A stretch of DNA of 63,938 nucleotides, the filler included, from Sphacelaria rigidula (taxonomy: Eukaryota): NCBI GenBank assembly GCA_964200075.2. It is 11 parts of 11 records of this genome, joined end to end, with 100 filler letters (N's around TTAATTAATTAA, not from the genome) between each part and the next. Parts side by side here need not be neighbours in the genome. Positions count along the whole stretch, not along the records: positions 23,289 to 29,010 come from CAXNAA020024966.1; positions 29,111 to 34,832 come from CAXNAA020024967.1; positions 34,933 to 40,654 come from CAXNAA020024968.1; 8 more parts are not named here. One strand, written 5' to 3'. The position numbers were made by a program, and so were the translations under genes. Below are positions 24,338-36,800 of the stretch, in pieces. Positions within the stretch are counted from its first letter, which is position 1. The number at the start of each line of letters is the position of its first letter. The notes beneath the pieces are model-generated. The model saw nothing but the letters and a program-made list of their open reading frames with translations, did no database searches and was not told where the DNA came from.

Positions 24338-25343
24338 GGGGTACTCGTGATTATGCATGCCAATAGTCACATGACCATTGATCTCGTCCCCCTGGATACC
24401 GTTTGCATCGTGTCTCGACCCGTCAGCAGTTGATTCCCTTCTACGCATGTAACCTCACTGGCGTAATGTGCCTCAGCCGCGCTCTATTCGGCACCTGCGG
24501 CATCGAGTCGACCAAATACGCACCCTGCGCACGATGGAGAGCACCATCTAGGGCTGTCCGACCCCAGAACGTTCCCGGCCCGATGATACCAGACGAAAGC
24601 CAACATTTTTCCAACCATGCAAGTTGGGGGCGGGTTGGCTGGTGTAAAACTCTCCTAAAAAAAAATAAACACCCATGGTCGACGTCGTTGCAGGTCCTCC
24701 CTCGATTCATGTATGAAAAAAACGTGGCAACTTCGCTTGTCGACCTTCGGTACAATGTGAGCATGCTGCAAAAATTGCGGGTGGATGTAAAGAAGCAGCT
24801 ACTTGGGGCAACAAAGCTCTTCTCAAACTTCGGAGGAAAGCGAGGCACACGGCAGTTGATCATGTGCCCAAGAGAACACGGAGGGCGCTGGCATGTAATG
24901 TGAGGTCTCTCAAAACGCAGCAGCGTAGGGTTACCGATTTCTTTCACGCACTTGCGTTTTTTTGCGGTAACCACGATGGTGGTCGAACTAGATCATACTG
25001 TGCGGGGCAGAAAGGGCATGGTCATACGACATAGTGTTTATATAGTGAGACACGCATGAGGCAATGTGGAGACCCTGGCTGCCTCTGGAAATGGCATACC
25101 AGAAAATGAAGCAACTCATTGAAGGCTGTCATCCATATGCAAGACAATCAGTACTGCTCGGGCCGAACAATCTGAGCAGGATGCATATCACCCTTGATGC
25201 CACTCGCCGAACACATCACGGCGCTTCGCGCTTGGTGATTGATAACGAGCCTGGTCCGGCGAAAACTCGGCTCCGTTCCGGTTTTGTAGGGATGCGAGGT
25301 CAATGACCATATCCCAATGACATGCAAGATCATGAGTGCACCC
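24338..25343. mobile_element. Apparently complete ~1.0-kb non-autonomous TIR element
   Basis: Left end GGGGTACTCGTGATTATGCATGCCAATAGTCACATGACCATTGATCTCG aligns with the reverse complement of the right end GGGTGCACTCATGATCTTGCATGTCATTGGGATATGGTCATTGACCTCG. The same termini occur at about 17200, 23375 and 34980. Confidence 0.75.
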
Positions 25344-26523
25344 ACATGATCGTCCAATACACACAAAACGATACCCAGAACTGGTGTTCTAATCGCGGGT
25401 CGTCAGATGCCAATTGAGTACAGTATGCGCAACAGTACAGTACAGCTGTATGGTGAAAGATAGGTCATATCCAGATACCCCGTCTCCGAGCTCAATTTGG
25501 TCACGACACGATGAAAACCAAGAAAAAGTTATGCTGACGTAGCCAAGGACGACATCGGCGGCCAAGTCACCAATGCAATCTGGCTGTGTATACGGTTCTG
25601 GCTGTATACTGCTACCGTGCCGTCCCATCTTTGCTGTGTACTGCGGCAATACTGAGCTGACTGTAACGTATTACTCTGTATGGGGGCTGTTAAACGTAGT
25701 TACACCTTTTCCCCGTTCACTCATGATTCAAAAGGTTTAAATGATACTTCAATCCACTGTCTACGACGGATATACATGTTGAACCACCATCGTGAGACTA
25801 ATGCAGTATTGATGGTGCACGAAACACGTCGTCCCGGCAACATGGTCGAGAACAAAAGCAGCTGGAGCATCAATACTGTGAGGTTGCGGGACAACCTAAC
25901 ACGAGCCGCTTTTTGTTCTCCAAGCAACCACCTAACTTTTCCGAACAAGAATATTATCGGAAAGTGCGATTACCCAAGGATGAGTTGCTCAGACGTTACT
26001 GTTGTACTGTTGTAACTGACTGGTGTGTGATGTGGAAAAGGCCCGCTTGTTTCGCATGTACATGTGCGCACCCGGATCAACCTGTACAGCGCATGGACGA
26101 TGAACCACGCCAACAACAGTACAACTAGGGAAGGCCAGCAAGTGACATGGGCAGGGAGGTGATCAAGAACAGGTGTCCACGCCGAAAGCATCCTCCACCC
26201 CACACCCCACCAATTTACAATATCCCATTTCTAGAATTGTAGTCAGTGCAGTCGGTACAGCATAAGACAGTCTACTACAACAGTAGTTGTAATATGGCGG
26301 CACACTGTCAAACCAGCTGGCCAGTGTGGGAGCCACCGGAACATCCACGGTTATAAGACGTTGTTGACAAAAGCCGAACTTACTGGACCACGGCTTGCCT
26401 GTACAGAGTAGCTGGGTTGTACTGTACTTTCCACTATCCGCAGCGTATGGCAGGGTGCGACCCCGTATAAGCTCATGATTTGCAATGGCTAACACACCGC
26501 TGCCTTGGCTATCAAGTTCACAC

Positions 26524-26694
26524 CTTGATGCGTAGCTCTCCGCTGTTTGGTGGGAATTGATCGCCTCTGTCGGTGTCCACTGATGATGATCCAGGCGTGG
26601 GGGTTCGCGCCTTAATACTTAGCTCTCCGCTGTCCGGGGAGGACCTATCACCTTGGTCGTTGTCGAGTGATGATGGTCCAGGTGTGGAGGCCAT
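26524..26694 (-). CDS. Candidate first exon with an in-frame 29-aa tandem repeat
   Basis: ATG at 26694, reading MASTPGPSSLDNDQGDRSSPDSGELSIK-ARTPTPGSSSVDTDRGDQFPPNSGELRIK|gtgtga. An 87-bp duplication keeps the frame. Confidence 0.4.
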
Positions 26695-26911
26695 GGGTCG
26701 AAAGGATATATTGCCAGGAGAGACGAAATTTGTTGTTGCCTGTTTGAATAGTGCTCGGGCACGGGACGAAACGGCAGATTGTCGGTGTGATCTGGGTAGT
26801 TTTCCTTCGAGATGGAAGCAAGTCAAAGTCCCCGCCACTATTTTCGGTGTATCGGGCAATTGATTTACCGTGGTATATATTAATACACCGCTCGAAGTAC
26901 AGTTAGAGTCC

Positions 26912-26995
26912 AGTGGCTCATTTGGTAACCTCGAGCATTGTGACAGATCGGTCGTGGGTTCAAATCTCGACGCAATCTGAGATTTTTTCTTACGT
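26912..26995 (+). repeat. tRNA-like SINE head fragment
   Basis: A box TGGCTCATTTGG, B box GGTTCAAATC, followed by GCAATCTGAGATTTTTTCTTAC, similar to the SINE core. Confidence 0.6.
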
Positions 26996-27142
26996 AATAC
27001 CCAATATCAGTGGAGACTGACTATGTCCTGGATGAACAAATCCAACTTAATGTTCGACGAGGGAAAGAGGCCGCTACACCCCTCTCGCGATAAAAGTAAA
27101 CGGCACGCACCGCAGAAGGCTGCTGGAAAACGAAGAAAACAC

Positions 27143-27530
27143 CAGGGGTATAAACGTTACACGTTCATGCTCACGTTCACGTTATTACGTTCATCACGTA
27201 ATTTTTTTTCAACATCCACGTTACGTGACGTGTGTCACGTTAAAAAATAACGTTACGTTAACGTTACATTTTAAAATATGGCGTTACGTTCATGTTACGT
27301 TTATCACGCGAAAAAAATAACGTTACGTTAACGTTACAATTAAATTTTAATGTTACGTTCACGTTGCGTTCATCACGTAAAAAAATTAACGTTGACGTTA
27401 CGTTTCGGCCAAAACGTAACGTGAACGCAACGTGTAACGCTATGGCACGTGTAACATGTATAGCCCTGGCTATACATGTACACGTTCACGTTCATGTTAC
27501 ATTTATCACGTTACAAAATAATAACGTTAG
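27143..27530. mobile_element. hAT-like MITE built from ACGTT/TAACG subrepeats, plus an abutting partial second copy
   Basis: TIRs CAGGGGTATAAACGTTACACGT (27143) / ACGTGTAACATGTATAGCCCTG (ends 27468), then GCTATACATGTACACGTTCACG restarts the left end. No TSD seen. Confidence 0.75.
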
Positions 27531-28937
27531 ATTTCCCGAGATAAACTGAAAGGGATGGGTTGGTTGGCTGATTTTGATAAACGGATCCGATGGAAGGGTT
27601 GGAATAGGATTGGGTCGGTATTGCGGGGTTTTTGTTTCTGGTTGATCTTGTTTTCTCGGAAAAGGTTATGGCGCGGAATTGCGAGGCAGAAGGAAGGCTA
27701 TTTCCGCCCAGAGTTTTTAGCTGTTGGATGCACTCTGGTCTTCCTCACATCAATGCTTATAGAAGCGATGATATGTGCGCCTCTCGTTTGTTTCTGTAAT
27801 GCCGGTTCATCCTACTGGACAACGGGAACGGACGAAAATCTGTCAATATTCGACAGCAAAAAATAAATTGCGGCGAGACCAAGATGGTGCAACAGAGCCT
27901 CGCCTCGACGGTACCGAAGTCTTGCACAGCTGTGCTGCCCGGCCAATCCTTTGTGTTTTACACCCATCTGGATGGGTACATGCTGCCTTTCCTCATGATG
28001 TGTAATTGAGATGGCAAGGTAGCACAACGGCGCCTTTGGGATTTCACCGTTGCAACGGTTCATATCCTCAGACGGCTGCAGTTGTACAGCGCGGCCGTTC
28101 TAAGCAATGTTTGTGTCGCCTTTTACCGTGTCGCTGGGCTGCGACATAGCGGTGATCGTGGTTTATCTACAGCGGCCAAACACGTATGGAGGCACGGTGT
28201 GGTTCACCATGCTCCCCGGGGTGCACTATTCTGAGGAAATGGTCGATATCGTAAGTGTGCAAGTCTAGTCTACGCTAAGAGAATGTGTATCGTAGTACAA
28301 ACTGTCTGTTTCTAACAGGTTGCGGAATGCCAGACGTCTGCTTCTCTACTTATTACATGTACTGCGCACTGTTGTTATTAGTATGATACTATCGTATACG
28401 TGGTGCTACTCTCTGTTCACTGATTACTCGACTATAATATAGTGACGACTACAACACTTGTACAACACGTGTACACAGCTGCACACTTCTGTACTGTTCT
28501 TCAGCTCAACAGTTTTGATTGAAATCCGGAGAGTGGTCGGGCCGTGTGTGTACTGCATGCTTTATCCTCGGCGCTCGGCACGCTGGATGTGGGGCGACAT
28601 TGTGAGGGTCACTTTTTGTCTATTCATAGGATGTACATGGGAATGTGCGGTGGGGCTTTGAATCTGTCTGCCTCATGTACCGACCATGTAAAGAACAGAG
28701 TTGCACCACACTAAGACGATCAGGCACGTGGAAGCACCACGTGCTATACTGCTTGTAGTACAATCTGGAGTAATATATTAGACACTATAAGTGTACTACT
28801 GTATCATATCTGTAGAACGGGATGAATTGAAGGGTTTCTGACAGATGAACCGATGGACAGTCCTGTGCCCAAATGAAAAAAAGTACTTCGTAGTATATTT
28901 GGATGCCCGAACAGTATTTGTGAAAGTATATCATTCA

Positions 28938-29001
28938 CGGTCAGGACAAATAATGATTCGTCAGGAAATTTCTTGGTTTTAGTATAATAAATTGACTCGT
29001 G
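28938..29001. repeat. Repeat terminus shared, inverted, with the start of contig 10
   Basis: The reverse complement CACGAGTCAATTTATTATACTAAAACCAAG...GACGAATCATTATTTGTCC matches 52397-52458. Confidence 0.8.
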
Positions 29002-29389
29002 ATGAATGAANNNNNNNNNNNNNNNNNNNNNNNNNNNNNNNNNNNNNNNNNNNNTTAATTAATTAANNNNNNNNNNNNNNNNNNNNNNNNNNNNNNNNNN
29101 NNNNNNNNNNCTGAGCGCTCCTTTTTCCCTTATTTCGATCATATCTCTTACTTTTGCCTTGTACCCCGCGTCTTCCTCTCATGAGAGGGGGGGGGCGGGA
29201 TGTGCGAACCACTACATAGAAGGGACAAAGTTCTACAAAGTGTATGCCAAGGTCTCACCTTCCCGCAGCAGGTCTGATTTGTTTTGTTCTATATGAAATG
29301 AGTACTGTAAAAGTGACGGTACGAGGAAGGCGAGCTCATGTCTGTGATCACGAGGTTCGAGAGATCGGGTAATGCGCAAAAAATATCAA

Positions 29390-29458
29390 GCAACAATAAC
29401 AGCAGCAGCAGCAGCAACAACGACAACAACAGCAACAACACCACCACCACCAGCAACA
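29390..29458 (+). repeat. Compound (CAG/CAA/CAC)n trinucleotide repeat
   Basis: Directly visible in the sequence. Confidence 0.85.
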
Positions 29459-32400
29459 GTATTTATGCTGAACAAAAGTAGCGCAAAAACGCGATGCAGT
29501 CAAGCCTTCAAGTACCCCCCCCCCCCTTCCCCCGAGAGATAGCAGATGGGCGTGCGGGAGACATAGCTCATGTTTTGCTGGATCGACAACGGCTACAAAA
29601 TAAGTGAGTCCAAAGAACGTACGGCAGCGCGCCGCGGCGCCTCGATGGTCCAATGATTTAACCGAAGGCATGAGGTCGGGAGGGGTGCGGGTTCGACTCC
29701 AGGCAGCTAGATGCATTTTCGTTTTCTCTCCGAAAATGTATCTGATTTCCACCGTCGGAAACCAAAACGTGAGGACCGTGAAGCCAAAGGCGTTTGTTTC
29801 GTCTCAACGGGAGTTCATTAATATGGTGCGGCGGGAATGCTGATCCAATACGCGACAAAATAACGAAACGTATGGCGTGTGCGTATCGAGGGGAAACATA
29901 TGGCTTGTTTCCCCCGACACCAGCGATTCATTCTGTGGAAGGGGATGAGTCGGAAGTGCGCAAAAAAAAAAAAAGTGATCCACAGTCTCAAGTGAACAGA
30001 CTTTATATATATATATATATATACGTCACGATATACTTGATTCAAGGAGACCCGCGCCAACGGTAAAGTCTGGTTTTGACTTCAAACGCGAGCATCTTTG
30101 GGAAATATATATTTTTATAGGATAACTCTTTCCTTCACAGGCATAATTTACATAGAGTAGGAACACAGGTACGTAGGGACATAATTGCACTCACTGCTGT
30201 AGGAATAGGGGCCTCGGGAGGGGTGCGGCTTGAGACACTAATCGGCAATCATGGTACGGCCCTGAGACAGTAGAACGCGCTCATATGCCGTCCTCAACAC
30301 CGTCACGGTGGAGAACGAGTCTTCTTTACTGAGGACTTGAAGTTGAAGGAAGGACGAGCCCACGCCGGCGCCGCCTTGCGGCACAGCGTTACCTGTACCC
30401 CGACAACAAAGGGCTTTGTGGCAAGGTGATGGGGGTAATAATACCATCCAAAGCCGCAAGTGGCGGGCGGCCCGCCGGTCGCCACATCCTGTTGAAAGCT
30501 CTCTATGGCGACCCATGCTGCTCGAAGCATCTGTACATTACCTAATAATGCGCACCCTTCTCGAATTTCAGTTCGTACCTACACCTGAAAATACAGTAGT
30601 CTCTCTCCCAACCCTGGGATTACATGGATTTTCGGCAACATGAAGCCACTCTTTCGTGCAGACGCCAGACACTTCATTCTTTACCAGCATCATTGGTCGT
30701 TCTGGAGGCGCAGTCCCAAAAGGGTTGAAAACTGTTCCGATATCTGAGGAGTACTCTGTACTAGGAATCTGAGTATCTGATGCGGACGCCTTCCGTGGTC
30801 ATAGGCTAACTATCCCACGCTAAGGTGAAAGAAAATTACAAAATAAAATCAGACCCAGAAACAATTCATACAGAGGCGATACAAAAAAAAAAAATAGAGA
30901 TGAAAAAATCCAAAAGAGAAGAAGATAAAGGAAAAAGGAATACTGCTAGCCCTCTAATGGAGTTTGTACTGTTTTTCGCAAGTTCCAAAAGGGTTCACTT
31001 TTTTCAACAAGGAGGAACAATCCGTAGATCACGCGAAACGCAACGTACAGTGGTTGACGCGCGTGGGCTGTTCGGCTTATCATGGGGGGTGGACCACACA
31101 CCACAGGCACCCAATTATCTCTCCGCCGTGTCACGCGCTGGTCTGTTCGCGTGTTGTCACGATGTCATGATCTCATAACGTGAGAGAGTTTCCCTCTCGA
31201 TAAGGATGGCGGGTGACTTCTGCCGATAAAGAGGTTTTCAAACAACAGTAGAAAAGTAGAAACCATATCCAACGGACAAAATTTTGTGACGTTTGGCTTG
31301 CGTGCCTCAACCCAGAGCAGATCCAACCGCGTGAGCGTCGCCGCTCGGAGCAGCTGAGACGGTGCTCAGAATCTAGCGTAGCGTTGCTTGCTGTCACTTG
31401 CTTAGCTCGCTTGCATTTGTTCCCTTCTCTGACTCGACTTGTTCTAGGGAGCTGCCCATGACACCGTGTCGTATGTAGAGAAGGATTTCAATCACAGCAA
31501 ACACGTGGCAGCGGCGCGTTACGGAGTGACAAGGCCTCACAAATTGAGATCGCATGGCCTATTCATATGCGATGTTCGAATCCTGGAAATGACACGTGAC
31601 GCGTCGGAAAGATTTGGATGAGGTTTTCGCTAAACGAGACATGAGACTCCGTATCCAGTGTCAGTACAGACAGTAGTTCTCTCTCGCAATGATCGCACTC
31701 TGGTGTAAAGATCGCGGTGACAGTGTCCAACACGTCCCGGACTGCGTATTGCAACAACGATTTTCTGGAGAGCAAGTGCCCCCCGCCCTCCCCAAAAATA
31801 TTCGAAGAAAGCATTTGATTGACGAAAAGGTCGCATTTACGCCGAAGGTCGATTTCAAGCCTCACCGCCGGAGGGTGTTGTACCCCATGATTTGCGACAT
31901 CATGCTAGTGAGTAAGTAGTCTATATGAACTAGGGGCCTTGTCCACTTCCGTTGCATCCGTCGCCCTCGTTATTCGAGAAGGTGAAACATATTGTGCACT
32001 ACTCGTACTGTTATCGCGAATACTGCTGCCCTCGAAAAAACATTTCCAACGTGGTGACATGAGAGCAGCGAGGCGTAGACCGCAGTGTGCATGTAGGATA
32101 GAGACCAAAGGTAGTACATACAGACAGTACTTTGCAGGCAGTACTACAGTGCGAGGCTTAAGTGATGAACTCTAACCTGGTCGTCAGCTATGAGATGGCC
32201 ACTATGATGCGCATCTGATCTTCGTCGCAGATCGAGATTCACAACGCGCCTGTCGAAACGATGACACACCAGTGACCGCCGGGTGAACAGATGGCGGAAG
32301 CCATGTGTCGTCAGCCGTCATCTCACAAACCGGCACACACTGAACGCAATGATCGGCGCATGCGCAACCTCTCTCCTTCTTTGACAGCAAACACGCGCAC

Positions 32401-32872
32401 GCAGGTAAATTATCACTCGCTCGCGAGCTATGATCACTTACTTCGAAGCTGTCTCAACTAGCGAGCAGACATGCATGACTTCGCAGCCAATGAGGGGGCG
32501 TAATCATTGTAAAAACATGTACATACGGTACCTACCGCTACAGTATTATGCTTAATCTAGGAAGGCACGGTCATGTAGTAGTGTTATCATGATGACAATA
32601 TCCAAGAACGCACATCTTGATCGATGTTCACCGGAGTGAAAAATCTTGGCCGTCCGCCAAACCTCGAGATGCTCGCAGCAGCTTTCCAGCGCACTGTAGA
32701 CCGTACTATCCCCTATCGCCTTCTGCTGCAGATTCAAATAGCCTGGATTCCGGCCTAACCCCCCTACCTTGTGCGAGGTCGGAAGGATACAGTGCTGGTC
32801 GGCGGGACTGAGCCAAAGATTGAAGATTGGGAAGGTATGTGACAAAGGGAATGACAGCTAGATATGTCATAC

Positions 32873-33890
32873 CCTTTGGTATGTGGCGTGTTCATGATCA
32901 ACGGGTCTGAAATACGATTCCGAGTAGGTATCCCCGTGCAAAGGAAAACGCAATTTGCGCGGTGTGTTGCTGGTGCGGTGCTGGGCTGGGGGGATTCGCG
33001 CGCGGTGATTCTGGGTAGCATTTTGTCGCACGCATCTGGTGAGTTTGGATGCCAACGGATAGCTCTGTCGATTTCCCGACGATTTGTGATTTCGTGTGAT
33101 TCCAATCTCAAGCCTTGAAATATATGTTGCAGAGAGTTTTGAGAGCGGACGAGGTGCTGAGTGTGCTGCTCTTGATGATAGCGACTAACTAGGCTTCTTA
33201 CTGACTGTTACACTGCTGAGCTCTACTGTTCGTACTAGGTGTGCTGTGTATTGTTAACCCATTCTGAGCGATCGATGGATCTTGAGCAGGTCGACTTTGT
33301 ACTAAAATGCGGTGGCCACATCGTTTGGCCCCACCTTATGGTCCCGCCGGCGGAAGTTGTGTCTTCCTCAAGATCCTCGCGTCGGGTGAAATCAAAGTCG
33401 GCAGATACAGACAGTGGGTGTTATTTCCCGTATTCGACTGGATGAACACGCTATAGCGTCCGCAGCAGCTACTCGTCTGTGATCTATACTGTCTGCATAC
33501 ACGTTGTACGATGGACTGCAGTGCCGTGTAGTATATAGACACGTACATGAGACAATATTACGATGTGCTGTAAATGCACCATCCTCACATTTAGCACAGT
33601 TCTGTCGTTGTACTGTTTGGTAGGTGACCTTTGTCGGGTCGAGCTCGGCTCGAGGGCGTTCTTTTCATCGCTCCTGAGTACGTCGTAATAACTACCGGTC
33701 GGCTCACGATTACAGATGCACACACCCATAGTCAGGCGATTACTATAATGAAGGCATTGGGTATGTGATTCCGAAGTGCAGTTGATGTAGTCATTTTCCA
33801 GTGAGTCCGTGTATGCCAATGCGAAGGTTTGCGACTTGACTTTTGCAGGTACGAAATGAGTATCCTCCAGTACTGAAGATCTCGATATCT
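32873..33890 (-). CDS. Candidate exons of an unknown protein (33589-33890, 33335-33375, 32873-33113)
   Basis: AG/GT boundaries with compatible phases (0 then 2) give an open spliced frame ...RTVLN|DLEEDTTSAGGTI-R|LEIGITRN...HATYQR. No homology recognised. Confidence 0.3.
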
Positions 33891-36800
33891 CTGAGAAGGA
33901 CGATTGTAGACGTTTATGTTTACGATGCACCCACACATACCGGAAGGTGAAAGGTGTAGACTGGCTTCCAGAACAGATGAGATTACGACGCATACACACA
34001 CATTACAACACCAGCGGAGTAAGATTAGGCCAGTTCTCGTAGATACAGAAACCAGACCAGCTCACGAACTTCTACAATTGACCCTTTCACCGCTACGTTA
34101 GGCGATATGTTGAATCGGCATCATTTCGCTTGAAAAATAATGTACTGAACATGATTCCGATTAAAGATCGCGTACCCTGGTGGTCAAAGGATTGAGAGCC
34201 ATTTGTCTTGATCCTACTCCTGCTCTAATTATCAATTCTTCACCTGCAAGAAGGCTCCGGACAATGTCAGGATTGAACAGAGTGAACACACAGTACAGTG
34301 GTTGGTCATGATGGGCAAGTACAGTAGAGTGGGGGTCCCACCGCACTGCAGTTGCCATCACTTGTGAGACGTGGTAAGTCCGATTCCTGGGGGATCAGTT
34401 CAGTAGATTTAACCACTTGGTAGGTAGTACGTACCATGAGATTTTCCAAATTGTTTTTAGTGTGGACACCGAAATCCGGATCTTTAATGCGGGATGTGCT
34501 CCTAGCGTGCGCAGAACGCGTTTTCGTCTGAATCGGCGCATGCGGCGCCGGTTTGAGGTCTCGCAACGCTCGCTTTGTCCTTGGGCATACTTTGCATCCC
34601 CCTTGCCCGAGGGTTCTCAGTATGCCTTCGTTGGGGTGAGAGTTAGGGTTAGGCGGGGCCTCATCAGAAGTGATTACGAGCTGGGCCAGCCCAGAAACGG
34701 ATTTAACCTGGCAGAGCAATATCTCATCACCGGAAACGAATTGGGCCGTGGTCCGCATATCGTCGTCGAACCAAGGGGAAGGTGCCCATCTACTCAAAAG
34801 TTTGGGCCCATATTTTCTCGTTGATCAAACCCNNNNNNNNNNNNNNNNNNNNNNNNNNNNNNNNNNNNNNNNNNNNTTAATTAATTAANNNNNNNNNNNN
34901 NNNNNNNNNNNNNNNNNNNNNNNNNNNNNNNNGATGCGAGGTCAATGGTCTGATGACTATGGCAAGCATGATCATGAGTACCCCCCCCCCCCAAAGCTGG
35001 AAACCCCATAAAGGTGCAAAAATTGCGTGCAAACAGCGAGGACTTGGCCAAGCACTGGCAAGGACAACAGTGAGCCAGCACACACTCACGCAACGGTCGC
35101 TTTTGCTGTTACTACAGCTGCTGTACGCCCAACACCAACCCAACAGCAGAAGCAGATCGAACAGCGACCGGCTGGAGCCACACCGCTGGAGCTCATGGCA
35201 TTCCTTGGCGGTTGGACCTTCGTCCAAACATATACCAGTGCACCCCAAGACTGTTTTGCTGTGTTCTGCATCTGCGTGCGTACACTGTTGTACTGCGATG
35301 TACTTGATTAACCCTGCAGTAATGTACAACTTCCGTACTGACTGTGCCCGAGAGCATAACGCATCGAAGGCTGCTCGGTGCAGTCACATATTGGCATGTA
35401 AATTTGTGTGCGGGGCGCATGTTCTCTATTTCCAACGACAATCTGCAGTCAGTACAGTTGAGCACAGTACAAAACCGTACAACGGTTGTACAGCCTAAGC
35501 CGTGGTGTCTGCATTAAAATGTATTTTATTGTGCCGCTTCACACGGCCAGCTTTTTGCCCGACCTAGGAGTGCGCCTTACTTATCTGCATCCAGGAGTGA
35601 GTGCGGTTGGTTGGTCAGGGACTACTATTTAAACGCCCTCGATATAGATCATGATTTTCCGCGACGCAGCAAGCCTCTGGCGTGACTGTGCTGTACCGTG
35701 TTGTGAATGTATACGGTACACCACCGCTTGGTGACGGAACAAGAAAAAAAGCAGCCCGGGATTTTTTACAATGAACTTAGTGCGGAAGGCACCCATAGTT
35801 ACCTAGGAAATCCACCAGGAACCACACTCTTTGAAATTGTACAGGGTTTCCATCTATATATTTTTTTGCGGGCAGGTTCTCAAGCTTCGCCTGCGCGGGC
35901 AGCTGTTCTAGTTCTACGCCGGCTGACGAAGAGGTCGATCTGTGACGCACTACAATCACATAGGGCGTAGGCGACGATGGATGCCAAAGAAATCCACGGA
36001 GTGACATGGTATGCATGCAGAGTACAATACAAAATAAGGTCACAGAGCATCTTGCTGGATCGTATTCCGTAAAGCTGTCTGCCCACTGTATGCACCGTAC
36101 TGCACTGTTTAGTAGCGCTGTCACATACCCAACATGCTGCGCTGACTGTTGGCTACCGAACGTGAATTTTCGAATCCTGTTTTTTTTCAACCCACACTGT
36201 TTCTCGATCCGTTCGCTCTTCGTACTCTTACTTAAACTTCGTATCAATCCAAGATGTCGATCGAAGAAGCGCAAATTTCACCACGCTGCTATCTTTCACG
36301 TTTGGAAGGGCAAGTTGAGGCTTCTACGTCATCCAAACCTTTTTCAAACAAGCGCCTCGAACATTGTCCCGCATGATCACTTGCCGGCAACATTGTACTG
36401 TCAGTCTGTGCAGAAAGGAGGCTTGGTGCTCAAAGGGTAAAAGCCAGGCCATCTTGCTCGTGTCGTCGGTACAGCTTGTTGACAAATAACGGGGGAGAGC
36501 TCAAAGCGCGATCTACAAGCTACGATTGTACGAGTGTGCTTCAGTTTCAGCACAAGTACGGGGCAAATACTAAACGTTGAAAGTTGCCGTGTGCAATATT
36601 GTGTGCACAGAGCGCGTTTTTGTACATTCGACCCTGCAGGGGCCGATTTCATGTCTGCCACCGCACGCTTTGCCTGGAGCACCCTCTGTACCCCAGTTGC
36701 CCGAGTGACGGGGTTAGCGTTAGCAAAGTTTCAAAATAATGAAGTTCCGAGGTAGTCCGTCATATCGTCATTTCGGCAAGTGGTATCCCGTAATGCTTGA

